Shown piece by piece: positions 11,430-26,400 of a DNA stretch of 64,000 nt. Position 1 is the stretch's first letter. Each line of letters opens with the position of its first letter. The notes beneath the pieces were generated by a model. The model did no database searches and had not been told where the DNA came from. It was given only the letters and a program-made list of their open reading frames with translations. The stretch is from Phoronis australis (lineage: Eukaryota; Animalia; Phoronida), in NCBI GenBank assembly GCA_002633005.1, contig NMRA01000244.1, forward strand, positions 106,976 through 170,975, written 5' to 3'. Both the position numbers and the translations under genes were made by a program.

Positions 11430-14400
11430 TTATTTCTTACTGGTGAAGCCATGTGGTCGAATTTTCATCTCCGTTTTACGTAAGGAGTAGTATGCACCCG
11501 TGAAATGAAACCAAACCAAACCTTCATACATGTGCATACTGTCGAGTGTTCCTGACAAGTACATTCCATTCAAGTGAGCCCTGTGACAAGGTTCACCGAA
11601 CCACCATCCGCCACTGAATTGGTTGGCGCAATCTGCAATACCTCCGTCGTTATCTTGGTCCTTTGTTGAGAAGTACTTTCCGTTGCTAAAGCCGAAGGAA
11701 TTCCCTAAAAGTACAATAGAAAAACATTACCGTATGTAAGCGTATTTTGGTCCACCTGTCTGTTGGTTGAGCTGCGCCTATATCTGGAATGAGGAGGCGC
11801 ATGCTCCTATGAAAAACACTTCTGTAAACTGAGGAACAAACCCTTTTAATATGGCTTTTGCCGGAAGCTCGACTCAGTTCGTAACGGAACAAGAAACGTT
11901 GACCTATATTCAAGTTAACTTTAACTAGTTTATTGAAAAGGACTTCAAACTGATGAAAAGTGAAGATCCCTACGTGTAAGATTAACAAATGTACATGGAG
12001 TCACCACTTGTGGGTATAATGAAGCTTAGGCGCCAGCGCCAATGTGCCAAACAAATTATTTTGGTTTGATTTCGTACAGTGATAGGCACATGGACCTGTC
12101 TACGTGCATATACATATAGGTCATTTTGGCGTGATTTTTACCGTTTACAACCCATTACAACCCAGAATTTTTAATTGTGTAAGGCAAGAGTCTTTGTTCA
12201 TTGGGGGGATGAAACTTCTTAGCGAGATGAAACATCCAAGCCTTATGTCGGTTCGGCACATTGCTAAAAACACAGTTATGCAGTGACACTTAGACTCTCT
12301 ACGAAGTACTATTCTTTAGGTTTGTAAAATAACTGAAGACCAAATGACGAAATCTGAGAGGCGGTGACCAGTAGATGATTCTTTCAGCCAAGCTTAAGGC
12401 AATAGTGAGCGTCGATTAGGTTTAAGTACATCAAGTCATGACAACGGAGGGGAGAAGGCAAATGAGATCAGGGCCCGGTCTCCAATCTCCGTACTCAGAC
12501 TCATACTCATACTCGAGATTTCATACTCAAAATCGTGCTCACTTGAGTCGTATTCAAAAAAGCGTATCTAATGTCGTATTTCGAGTAGACTCCAAACGTA
12601 CTCAAATCTGACACTCATACTCGAGTTGCTATGGAACTCTTTATGATGTGAAATGCAAAATCATGCAAAGCCGCGCTGATTCATCGCTCCCTATTGGAAT
12701 AGACCACCCCAAGAACTAGGCCTACATTATCGTCTGCTGTCGCTACAACTACAAGAGTATGTCTATAACGTGGAATTCTGAGTGTTCTGTAACTGTTATT
12801 CATTTTTTTAGTTTCAATAAATATTCTTATGCCATTTCTTTGATACATTTGGCAATTATTAAGCTTTACTTCTTCATGAGTTCCTCACCCAGTCCCGAAA
12901 ATGTCTTAAGAAATATGTAACAGCTTATCACATTACATTTCTGTTGATAATTTAGTCTTGACATAAACCCATTGCTGTGTAGGCCTACGCTGATGTCAAA
13001 CTTTGATACTGTATCCATATGCTGTATCTTTGTATTTTACTGGGATGTATCAAGTGGCACGTGAGTTAAAAAGCAATACTTGTGCAGCCATTCAGAGTTC
13101 ACCAGTGGCAGTGAACGGGACGAGACGTCTACTTAGAAATCGGCAAACAAAATCTGGAATTCCATTTGGGGATTGAGGAATTATAGATGACTAAGTTATG
13201 ATGAGAAATGTACCTGACAAGGAAGCGAACTGTTTTTAACTTCCCTCCCCTCCTCGTCTTTTGGAAACCCTACAAAACGTAGGCCCACATACCGAAGTAA
13301 GGGCAGCACAAACTTCTCACACGACTTTTCCCACAAGTGCTTTCGAGGCTTGTTATGACTCGCCGACAAGGGATTACAATGCGCCTGTTGCCAGGAACTG
13401 TAGAGGTAGAATGGCGGCCATAACATACAGTGATACGGCGGGTTAATAAGGTAAAGGATAAGAAGATTTAAGATGAAAACTATTATCTCTGACCTGAAAT
13501 TGAAGTGCTGAGATACGGTAAGAGGACTTATTTTTTTAGATTTGCTGTGTTTCTTGGTTCCCTTTCGATATTTTGTTCTCTGGCTCGTATTTATTTTCGA
13601 GTACAATTTCAAGCACACTGCCATACCAAATTTGAAATTTGAGCATAGACTCCGAATTTTTACTCAAAATCGTACTCGAAATATAGATGAGATACACTTC
13701 AGTTCGAGTACACTCGAAAACTGAGTACGTGCTCGAAATTTCGAGTACAGATTTTTCGAGTATGACATTGAATACACCAAAGCTGAGTCTGTACTCGAGT
13801 TGAGTATGAAGTGTGAGTTTGAGCATGATTCGAGTCTGAGTACGGAGATTGGAGACCGGGCCCTCAACAGGGGAATGGTCGACGTAAGCTGAACTGACTG
13901 TACCCGAGGAAGACGCAGGACAACGCAGTCATGCTTAAGGGGAACACGGGTCTGATGGAACCTTCCTGAGAGGACGTTTACCTGGACAGACTTCCGAATA
14001 TGAAGATCATGTGTATTCAACTTTTGTTTCGTTACCTTCCCCAGATGATCTTCAATGCTGCCCTTGTCCTAGTTCGTAACCTATCGGGTTACAGACAGTA
14101 TACAGTTCCTCACATTTTATCCCGTTTGTACGACGGCTACCTTCAGCAAGTGTTGCCATTTTATAGATTCATGAAAACAGGCATTACCTACCGATAGTGT
14201 AATACAGTATCAAGTGAGAGGAGCAGTCACATGAGTGAACTTCAGTTTCACGGTAGATGGTAACCTGGAGAAGAACGCATCAACAACCCTGCATCCTGAA
14301 GAGTGTCAATATTGGGAAACGAAAGCTGAGCTTAGAAATATGCCAAGGGTAGTGGAGACAACATGACGACCTGAGTGAAACAATGTCGTTGTCAGAAGTT

Positions 14401-17400
14401 CTGAAGAGTTCCCTGGTGACCTTTGTGAGGAAAAGTTGAATGAGAAGGTTCGTCTACATAAAAGTAAAGGGGTTCAGGGAAGACATACCATGCGAGGAGG
14501 AGATAGCGACCTTTTTTGTTTTCCATCCAAGTAGGATTCAGAAGGTCGGTGGCTAGAGGAAGTGAGTGTACAAGAAAGAGCCAACGGCGCGGGAGCGAGG
14601 AGAATGGCGAAATCTGTGGGAGGACGAATTGAGGGAAGGAAGACGAAGTCGCACATAGGAGGATTGGCTCCAATGTACACCAAATGGTAAAGTTCATTGT
14701 GGTTTTTAGGACGGGAACACGCAACAGACGTGCTTTAAGTTAAGCAGCAATAAACATGCGTATCGAGCCCTCTTACCGCTACGAGTTGGTCTCGGCTTGT
14801 TGCATACTGAGATAAGAGTGATTTTATGACTCGTTCGTTCTTCCTCGAGACCATATTCAGTGAATAAAAGTGTCTGGTCACAATCCAATAACGAAATTAA
14901 GTTCTTCTCGAGCCCATTAATCATCTCTAATTTGACGACCGATCGATTTGGAATCAATTCATAACCGTAAGTGGTCTGACTGAAGATATGATTATGGGAC
15001 GCAATGCTGGTTCTAAAAAGTTCAAAAGCGTAAACATGCAACGATTATTTGAACTTTGAAGTTTCAGACCCTGTATGATGATTTCATAATGTACATGTAA
15101 CTAAACTAGCTCTTATTTTGAGAAATAATTGAGGAATATTAAAATTCAATGAAAAAAAATATGATTTTTAGGTTTCCAGACACGTATTGCAATCAGTCGA
15201 AGATGTTGACCAGTTGACAGTACACACACGCACGCGCGCGCACACACACAAACTCACACACACCCATACACACACTATGCGTTCCCTTCAATGGTACAAC
15301 GTAATACACGTTTTGCCCATCAAATGCATTTACACGTTGGAGAAACTTTCATCCAACTTCCGTTTCTGCGGCGGATCAAAACACGATTGTTCAAAATGGG
15401 CTCAGCACAGCGTGGCCCTTGAACTGATCGCTTGTTTTACCGACGCACGAACCTGTGCCATTATGGCATATCTTAGGGTCTTTTGGAAACACAAACACTG
15501 AAATCTTGCCCGTCTGATTGCTATTACTACCAATGATGTAACTATAGCTCATTGATTTCTGCATCCTCAGCACCTGCAACTTGTTATAATACCCATTCGA
15601 ACTCAATTTTTGAGACGACTCCGCTAGCGGCTACTGAGAGTAGAATAACAATGACTGAGACCTGACTTCCACTGATTACGTCACATATATTTAAAAAAAT
15701 GCGATCATTTCTTAACTAAAAGTACACATCTTGAAGAAAGAATGCTTAAAATGTCATAAGAAAGTTATTGGCAACCGAATTCAAGCATTGGTAACCATGG
15801 TGTGAAGTGTTTAATTAATCAGGTTTTGCACCTGGAACTCTAACCTGATGTACTTTTGGACTGATATCCGTTAACTGTTAGCTGGTACTTGTTATCCTCG
15901 CCAGCTACTCTAAACTCTGTGTAATGTGCGAAAGCCGTGGTGTTTTCAAAATCCTCTAGGTCAATCCAAATTTCGAAGACAGTTGATCCGCTGGTGATGT
16001 TATGAAGTTCGTCGTTTCCTACAATGGTTAATAAAACAAATGAATTCACCAGAGTGCAATAGAACATACATGTGTACAGAGGAATGTGAAAATATTTTTA
16101 GTTTGTCTTAATTAATGTCTATAGGTAGTTTAATGGTTGCAGCCATCGATTTATATTACGTAGGCAGGCGTATCATCGACGTTCCTGGGAGGAAAAATAT
16201 ATGTTAGCGTTAATCGGAAGTGTACCTCTGTGCAACTAACACTCAGTGTTCAAACAAACCAAATGCCCCATAATCCCTGTCCTTTTTAGTAAATGATTCG
16301 AGTTTTATGGTGACGCATATCACTGTGAAGTTTTAATCTGTGAGATTTCATTTTGATAACTGCTAAATAATGATGTAAACTGCCATTAAAGAAAGTCTAG
16401 TGTTAAAAACCAGTGGCATGTTTTAATATCATTTTTTCTCACCTGGCAAACAGGGAAAGAAATAGCATTCAAAATGTGATCAAAGGACGACACCGGTAAC
16501 AAGAAGATATTTGCAAGGCTCGTGCATATATAGAGTGTATGCAAACACCCCAGTAATACTTGACGCATGCCTGTTGAAATACAATAACTTTCACATTGTG
16601 AACAGAATCTCCTCCGTATGACGACAATGTCAACAAGGTAATGTTCACAAATGCTCGTCCATGTGAATTACGTATGTGCTAAAAAAACTCTTGGATATGA
16701 TACGTGAACCATCCTTGATATAGTCATTAACAGCAAGGTTTCGATGATTTCCAGCGAACCCGGGCAGAATAAGTTTTTTCGAAAAAGTGCTTCCTTCCAC
16801 CTAAACTTCAAAAAGATTGATAGACAAAAGACGTGGACGCAGTACACTACTTTTTTCAGTTTTAATGTGACGTCAAAGTACCGACAAAGTTACGGTGTGA
16901 TGGAGCGTAGACGCACGCAGATGCAGTACACTACGATTTTCGTTTTCTGTTCTTAGTTAAAGTCATATGATTCATTTTGAAAACACCGTGAATGTGCATA
17001 AAAACCATTGAAACGTACTCTCTGACACTTAATTAGAACTTTTCGTATGAGATCAGTCAACTGCAGGTACTTATTTTTTCTTTAAATTTATTTTTTCTTA
17101 AAATCTGCGTGATCATAACAAACGAATGTTACCCATAATGCTGTGCGGTTTGACCTTTTGGCAAATCGAGACAGTCACCCCTTTCCGGTACTGCTTCCAA
17201 GAAGAGAAGTTCGCCTTAGCCAGGGAATTTATTCGTTTCTTGAAAATTTTGATGACGATATTGCTATCTGTATGCTCCCTTAATGAGCTGAACAGTCTAA
17301 TTATTACGCTTATAATTAGATGAAACCATTACCTGGGGGAAATTACGTACTGAACTTGATAGTAATCTTTGTGCTCGAGTCGAGTAAAATCTGAAGTATA

Positions 17401-20400
17401 CCCTACAGGTCTATCAATGTTTTGACTGAAACCGAGTGTAATGTTATTATGGTTGGACAGACCCTGTTTGTCATTCGATGGTCTTGGGTGAATTTCTACT
17501 TAGTGGCAACTTTCAGACTTTGGACTTGAATTGCAAAATTATACGCGGATTTTCATTGTCATAACAAAAGCATCGTCTATCACCAAGGACTCTATACTCT
17601 ACTAACCAGCTAGCTAGTCCACTTGAACACAAACCAGTGGATGAGCGATGGCAGCCTCAGGCTGAATGCAAGCGAAGTTGGGTAGGGTTGGTGAACCGAA
17701 GCTTGTTTCGAGAAAAGTGAGATCATGCTGTCAAAATCATGCGTGGGAGTGGAAGGCAACCATTGTGATGCTTGTTATTCGGTGGAGAAATCAGGTTCTC
17801 AAATTGCAGGACCCTGGGAGTGGTCACAGCATTATAACAGGACAATATCATGGGCGGCGCACCATGGGGAGCTGGGGGGCTATAGCCCCCACTTTTTCCA
17901 GGGATGCGCCGCACATGGGCTATAGGCGATGCACCACAAGGGGGGCTGAGGGGGCTTTAGATCCCACGTTTTTCCGTGCTGCGCCGTTCATGAATATACT
18001 ATGAATGGGACCTCCTCATATGCAAAAGGGTACAGCCAAATGCAGATCAGTAGGAGCAACTAAAACTAATGTGGTTTGTTTTTTCCAGACCCACTTAAGT
18101 ATATCTGAGGACGGTGGCATTACCAGCTGTAATTGTCACCATGGTGTACCTGTGGTAGATGCTGAGAAGTGTCCACTGCAGTAAAAGGTCTATAAGAAGC
18201 AACCTGTCACTTGTATTTTGCTTATGCCTGTGGGTATTTCTTGTGAAGACAGTTTTGGAAATCCAGTTAAGCACCATCATTATGCATGACGTTTGGAATA
18301 ACTTTATCATTTTCCTTTTAGACCTCTGCCTACATTTCCCCGCAACATATGTGCAATAGGTACAACTGTATAAAATTGAATTGTGACAAACCTAGTAATT
18401 TTTGTTGTGTGTCAATTGAACAGTCAATAGACTTTGAGAATTACAAAAAAGAACAAATTTGCTTAGGCTGTGATTGTGCTATTTGGGGATACAGACAGGG
18501 CTGTTGGTATACTGTCAAATATTCACGTTTATGACTGTATGCGGTCTTTTTTATCCATTTAGCTAAGTAAGCTACTGCTTGGAGCCCTGTGCAAAACATG
18601 GTCCACATCTCGTCCTCGCCGGGGTGATTCAAAATGTGTTGCAACTTGGGTATCCGCTGACCTAAACAAGATAACCTTAGGGCCTTGCATGACACAAGGG
18701 CCCCTGCTTCGTCGCTTTGGATGCCTCTGGAAAGTGGTGGCGACTGCGGAGGGAGAGGGGAAGTGCGATAATTGTGACAGCGGAATTTAAGTACAATACT
18801 AACTCCCCGGGCGTCTGTTTCCTGAAAAGTGACCAAAGACAGTGATTTGGTCTTGTAATCCATATAAATGTTTCAGACAAATATTTAAAACTCAGTTTAG
18901 CAAATGAATAAATTATTTGAAAATATACTCATAATTGTTGCTTATTGAGAAAATTTGCACATATTATTTCTAGGCTATTATTTATTAATGAATACATGAC
19001 TGAACCTTTACTTGGCAATTATTAAGTGGAAACATTATTAAGGCCATGACTGTATGCCCGTGTCTTGGATATTTATTAAAGAATGTCACGTTCATTATTT
19101 GAGTTTCCTTCAGTGTTTGTCTGAAATTTAAGTATAAATACCAAAACAGCCATGACAATGGATCGCCAACAATATATTCTATTAGGTATTCTGCTGTTGA
19201 AGTACACTAGGCAATGAAAGATTTTTTCTCTTATACACGACCATGAAGATTTATTTTGTGATTCAGGACTTTGTCATAAATGAGGAATGGGCTAGAGTCT
19301 ATGGTAATGATGTGCTGGCCTTCGATAAAGTTACTGGCTACAAGAACAGGTGCCTATTCCAACGTATTTTCGCAGTTCAAGGGTTGTCACAAATCGTACC
19401 GTTTCATTTACTTTGCTCGGAGTCATCAAACAAATGATGTCATTTACTCAGGCTCAACACGTAACGTGTCTAATGAATACTTTCGTTTTGCCTAATACTT
19501 AGTACGCAGATACATGTAAGTGTGATTTCTTTATGGCACAAATAAACATAATTGATGCAGAACACAGTGTCCTAGTCTCATTCTGAAAATCGGATGAGGA
19601 GTTAAATGTGATGCAACAGTATTATTAAAGCTGCTACAACTTGCCTTTAACGCTCGGCTTGTAGAGAATAAACCGACACTTAATGGTGATAAAACCAAAG
19701 TTATGACTATTGGTAGCAGACAGACTAGCCGTATTCTGACTGTCTTTACTGTCAACGGTACCCAGCTGGCAAGAACTGAGAAATATAAATAATTATCTGG
19801 ATGGTGGATCACATCCAATATGTATGTACTTGCGCGTTAGGTTGCAAGTTTTCTCTAGTAAAAGAAACAGTTTTAAATGTGACGATTTATTACTTAAAAA
19901 GATATAATAAAGCTGAAAACAATGGTAACTGTGCGTTGAACTTGTAACATTTCCTGAAAATGGTTAAATAACAACAATATTTGATATTGTAGCTACCGAG
20001 GAATCGACGCCTGAGTTACAGACGATATAATAATTAGCAATTGAAAACTGAGACAGAAGTGTCATATAATTAACAGTTTCGTACAAGATGTTACGTTTAG
20101 TGCCTGATTGCTTGTCGAGTGTTATTTATACGGCTGCAACTGCATTACTTTAAAGTATATTCGGAAATTTAATGATCGAACCGGCGACATTGACATACCT
20201 TTTGAACTTTCCATGCCAGAGGTCACTGTTCAAGTAGTGCAGGAGGTAAATACGGAAAACATTATTTCATGGCCGTATTGCCCTCGACAGATTCAACGCG
20301 TAATATGGAATAAATCGAAATATGCTTGAAGTCATGGACACATATATTTTAATTACGTAGTCAATTCCCACCACCATGTGGATCAACAAAAGCAGGTGAT

Positions 20401-23400
20401 GCGGTTTGATAGACTCAAGTTACATGAACACTTTAATTACAAATCAGGTACTCTTGATGACTGTTTTTGGAGTCGCATGTAGGCAAACAGTGATAGACTA
20501 TCGTTGGTTTACTGATATAAAAGTAAAATATCAGACTTTTATGCTTTACGGTAGACGGATAGGATGAAACATATTGTCGTGTCATGATGAATTGACTGCA
20601 GTCCATATCTACGTCAAGTTACTGTGGAAAACTAAGTTTAAGAGTCACTGCATGAGAACGTCAGGCAATTTGCAATATTTTGGGAACATGGCATTGATAT
20701 AGTATACATATAACTTTGGGTGAATTAGGTCTAAAAATATAAAAATTAGTTTTGTCGCTCGTCACTTTGTAAATATATAACGAATAATTAAATCGGGTGA
20801 GAAAGTGGGCGTAACCCCTTGTGCACTACTGTTGAAAATTCTCTATGTTTCAATGGGAATTAAAACACTTTTCAGGAGCTTAAAATTCGATTGAGTGATG
20901 CACTACTAGACCTAGTTAGAGGCCTATGTAATTCAAGCACGCAAACTCGCTCATCACATTGGTTCTTTGATATCTATAGCCCTCGTCTTTAACAAGATAT
21001 CTTTATTTTTGTAGACAGTGCCTTTTTTCCTCCTCGAATTGACACTTTTGCGAAGGCACTTTCACCATTTTTACTTGTTTCATACTGCCATAAATAGAGG
21101 TTGGCAAAGCAGGATGTATGAAAACTATGATCCACATTGGAAATGAATTGTAATAAAAAATCACATAAAGCTTTACTCAACATACCCAGAATTGGTTTGA
21201 GCGTTCCTTTTGCGAAGTATTGCGTTATTGACAATTGTACAGAATTGGTTAAACGCATGACACTTTTCATTGTTCACAGTCTTTATTTTATTACGTTCAT
21301 ACCTTCGGAACAAAACTCTACCCTCAACTGAACATAGATAAAGTAATTAGCTAAGAAACGGAATGAGCTTCATGAAAATAGGCCACGATCTGAAGCAAAA
21401 TGGCGGTGGCCAACGAGCTGCTGATTCAATGCTTCTTTTTTGAGTTCTTGTCGCCTTGTTCCACGACATATTCTAAAGCTGTGAATATCAAAAAAGAACT
21501 TTAACCTACAACAAAGATATTGTCAAATACCAGAAAAGTGATAACGAAGCAGATCGCTTGAAAGAATAGGAGAGTTGATTGGCAATCGAGCACGAATGGG
21601 AGTCCTCAGCTTCTGAGCGTCTCCATTACACTATATTATATTACAAGGTATAAAACTCGGGACTAGGAATTCCACAGGTTTTTCACGCCAGCCGTCCAAC
21701 TTAAAAACAAAACTCAATAAATTTACAAAAAAAACAGGGTTTCAACAAACCATGAGCAATTGTTCTTTCTTCTTATAGCATTTACGGTGTCCTTCTTCAT
21801 CGAGTTCGCAATAAGTTCGCGGTCAAAACACAAAAATCTTTTCAAAAAGCCGATGCGTACTGTCAATGCGTTCCGTAGAAACAGAAGTGTCCTATCCGTA
21901 GCTCGATGTCAGCCACAGCCAAAGGCTACGGTGTATAAACTTCCCGTGTAATAAACTGGTGTGTTTTTCTATTGTGTTGCAAGTCAGAGTTTCAATGAGC
22001 ATTAGATGATAAATAACTTAATTTCACCCATACCTCACTTAAGTAATTTGACATTTTCGTAGTCCATCTGTATTTCAAAATCTTCAGCATGTGTTTATCA
22101 AAATCTTCAATCAAAACTTAAAATGCAAACTCACACAGCTTCGAAAATATGAAGATGTCGTCTTCGCCTTACCCTGTCAGAAATTTACGACTGTATGCAC
22201 CCCTTTTGAAATTCTTGATTTGCTAGTGGTTTACATCTTATCTGAATCGGTATGCCCAGATGAACCAATGACATTGCTAGCCTATATAGTATTTTCATAT
22301 ACATCTCGAATTGCAATAACCATTAATGTTTTACATATATTGAATGGTTCAGTAAAAATGTAGGATTTTTCAATGTTTTACGCTCGGGTCACCCTTGGAA
22401 CTGCGTTTTATTTGAGTACAACTTGTTCACCACAAGGTTCATTTTTACGACTCGGCAAACCGGTGCACCCTCTGATGAGCAACAAAAATTGCTACTCGGA
22501 AGCTTTACACCTTTACACGATTAGTGCTCCCTGTGGGTTTTCGGTACTTAAAAGGTATAAGTAGGAAAAAAATTCAATCATGCATGATATTTGGATTGTC
22601 TTGTGTTAATATTCTTTCCCCACTTTTCGGAACGACGTCAAGCAAACATTTCGGGACCGACAAATGTAGTCGTTTTGATGCCGTAATTTTAGCTTTCAAT
22701 GTAGAGTTCTGAGCAACATCCTCAAGAATTTTAATGTAATTCAGATTTCAAGCTCTGGCAAAACTTAATGTTAGTGTTGACATCGTTTTTGTTATACATA
22801 AATCTTAAGGATTTGTTGATTTGTTAATGGAGTGTGACAGCAATGGCGAACAGGACGATCAATATTAACAAAGTGGGTGGTTTCAATCAAAGCATGTAGC
22901 ACACACAGGTCGCTGTCCACGAATGTTTTAACATATATGTACTCTCTAAAGGCTGAACTTTCACATGTGATATATCACTTCACTAAGTGATTTTGCGCTG
23001 CAAAAGAAATAACGATGGAATGAAGGGCGTTTCCATCAGTTGAACCGTTTGACTCAGGTGGGTTGAAGAAGTAACGGAAATATCTCGTCAATATTTTTCA
23101 ATAATGATTTTTATATTTTCACATAGACGCAAGTTGTGTTTATTCAGTATGCCATTCTTGGTTTCTGTTATTTCGTCGTTGTTGCACGGTGATGCAACAA
23201 AATCCTAAAACTTGATGGTGTCCGAAGGCATCAACTCGCCAAAGCAGTTTTCTGTGAAGAAGTTAGATTTTTGAAATAAAATCATTTTAGTTGTTGACCA
23301 TTCCACCTAAGAGTAAATCTATTCAAGATATATTTTAAAAAATGCGTGAGACGTCATGTTTCGGCATGTGCCTGATGTTCTCATGTAGTGACTCTTAAAA

Positions 23401-26400
23401 ACAGTGTCGAGTGTTCACTGAAGCAGTGGTTGTTTCTTTTGATAGATCAGTTAACATTTGTTGCCATTGCAAGACCATTGACCTCGATGCAATGGACTGG
23501 TTGGCCCCTGGAAGTCATGTGTCAAGTTTGTGCATGCCTTTTCTTCTCTCCAGCATCTGCTAAGTACGGACGCCAGTGGCAGTGGAATGTAGACCTTTCT
23601 TAATCTTTGACTTCATACTTCTTGAATTTCTCACTGAAGTAACTGTGTAGCCTGTACGTGTAAAAGATTGTAAAAAGTTATTATAATTGAGCACCGAAAC
23701 ACTAAAACCAAAGACACATTGTAAAGAAAACCACCATTGGGTACAAATAATGATAACCGTACCTGTGCCACTGACTGAATGCTAGCATCAACAAGTGTGA
23801 GAGGTTGCAAGTTACAAAGGTGATGCACGAACTCGTGCACATATTGCCCTTTGACTCTTGGTTAAAATCGTAATCGCATGATAAATTTTGATGGCCACTG
23901 CAACACATTGTATGGTTTACTCGGATACTAAAGCTCTACGACTGGAAATTGAACCCAAGGCAACATGATTATGCCCAAGGTTTTATTCAGAAGCCGTTGC
24001 ATAAATATAAAACTACCACATAGCTGTTTATCAAGCTCAAGAAAGGTTCATACCATCACCGTCTATCAGTAAGCAATAAGAAAACAAAATTCAGAGACGA
24101 TAGAGTTGCATTGTTCACATAACAATTACTATGGCTACAAAACCTTGTTGTATCCATGCAACTTAACAACTGATTTTAATAACTTATCAGTATAAAATTG
24201 ATCTCGGCTTTTTTCCGTATTCAGATGATGAATAATGGCCTTGCAAAGAACTGGCAATTCATTATGGTTGCGACCATGTCAGGTGAATGAAATGGCATGC
24301 TGTGACACGTCAACATAGAGAGACTGTCACAAGTAGTTACAAATTCCTAGAAATTTTCAAGCCCAAAGTTCACACCTATTTTATCAAGGAACAATTCGAG
24401 ACCAATGTCATACTAATGATACGTGGTCTCAATGAAAAGTTGGTTTTCGTGACAGAAAACAGATTTATATTTACTTTAAATTCCAATAGAGCGTAGAGTC
24501 TTTACAAGAGCAGAGACAAACCTTTGATGCAGATTGTGAGGATGACGGTGACAAAGAAGATAAGGACAATGGTGATATTTGTAAGAATCATTCAGTTTAA
24601 AATTCATTTTGAGGCCTCTATAGGGAAAACTGAGACCTGTATATATGAATCTGAAATAGTGACCTCGAATCGACAGATGGAATCACACAAAGGCGAATTT
24701 AGGGGAGGGAGCTCAGGTCCCATTATGGTCTTGGAAGGGGTAACTAAGCAAAATACTGGCTTACAATTATGCTGATGGTTGTGAATCATGGGTGTTGATG
24801 GTTGTAAATCACGGGTGTCAAGTGCACACACAACAAACTTTTTGAAATGGCATGCAAGTGCAGTGAAAGTAGTTCCCAGTTGGCCTATGTAAGTATGCAC
24901 AGCGTAACAAAGGGTTTGTGTTCCAGAATTTCAATCAGCAGCTGGAGATTGCAGCTATTATAGTTGCAAATCATATGTGAAAAATTCACTTTACAAGCAC
25001 AGATAAGTAAGAGTAAAAACATCGCATTGATGTGATTGAAGTAGGGTTTACGCAAACTTAATATTTATAAATAAGTCAAACTAAGTACTGTTTCATGATT
25101 TTCAATGTACATTTTATTGCTTTAACATGGAACAGTAGTGACACCTGTAGCCAAAATGTTAACTAAACATCATCTGCGAAGTGCACTCGTCGTTCACAAA
25201 ATATCTAATATTGGTTTGAAAAGCTGCTTGGCTGTTTTCGTAAATTTAGCCGTAGAAGTCTAGGTCTAAGCAGTTTTTAATTAAAACACTCCTTACAGGG
25301 GGTTATTTTGAAAACTCAGAGGTAAACACCTTGGTCTATGTATTTTTTGTAAAAAATCACTGTGCGGAGAGTTGCTGATGAACGGTGGTGGGGACAATGT
25401 GTCGTCAGAATCACGCGCACCCTGAAATACTGGGAACCCCATTTTGGACACCCTATTTTCGAAACGCTGGATGAATCCCTGAATACAAATTGAACATGCT
25501 TTGAACAAGGCAAGCTTAAATACTTAAAACAAAACACAATGATACCTTTGTCTGGTCAGGATTGTGAGTAGTAAGTTGAATAAAATGTGAAATGTCACTC
25601 CATGAGATATTAAGGAAATTAAATGGAACAATACCTCAAGGTTTCTTCAGACAATCTGCTTCTATGACCAGTCTGGGACTCCTCCGAAGTTTGTATAGAG
25701 GGTTTATCTAAACCACTCATTCTGAAAGTACAAATGACGAACAAAAGTTTAAACACTACAATTTTACTCATTTTACCTGGAGCAATCACAAGATATATGA
25801 ATGTACTTTAACTCAGTTTGTCATACCTTTACGCTTAAAACAACTTTGATTTACCAGTAGGTAAAATTTATAGCTGAGACAGGATCATTCTAATCTGACA
25901 GGAGCATTAGAGACTTATAAGGTAGCAATGATATTGGCGAAAATTCAGGGTTACATTAGAGCCCATAGCATAATCTGTATTCGATACGCAACTCGAAAAT
26001 TGAACAATTCCATGACATGAGCAAACTTACAGATTTGTACTTGAATCATGCGACTTGATTGGCTATTGCTTAGAGGTTGTGAGTTCAAGTAATGTGCTTG
26101 AACCATGCACGCTGCAAGTATCCGTTTTCTTCTAACCTCCACAGTCTCAGGTGGATATACAGAGAAAAAATGGCTATCAATTGATGAATAAGCTTCAGTT
26201 TAGCACAACAACGCTTTCTTTTAAAACTTAATGGAATAAAAGAGATCAACTTACTGTTCAGGTACGAGTCCGGAAGTTTGGTCCTGGAGCCAGTTCTTGT
26301 CACGTGTGAGTAGCGTGAACATATTCCCTCGTAGTGAAAGGTATATGGCGTTGTAGGAACCATTGTTGTACTTTGTACACAAACGTGTAATGTTCAGTAT

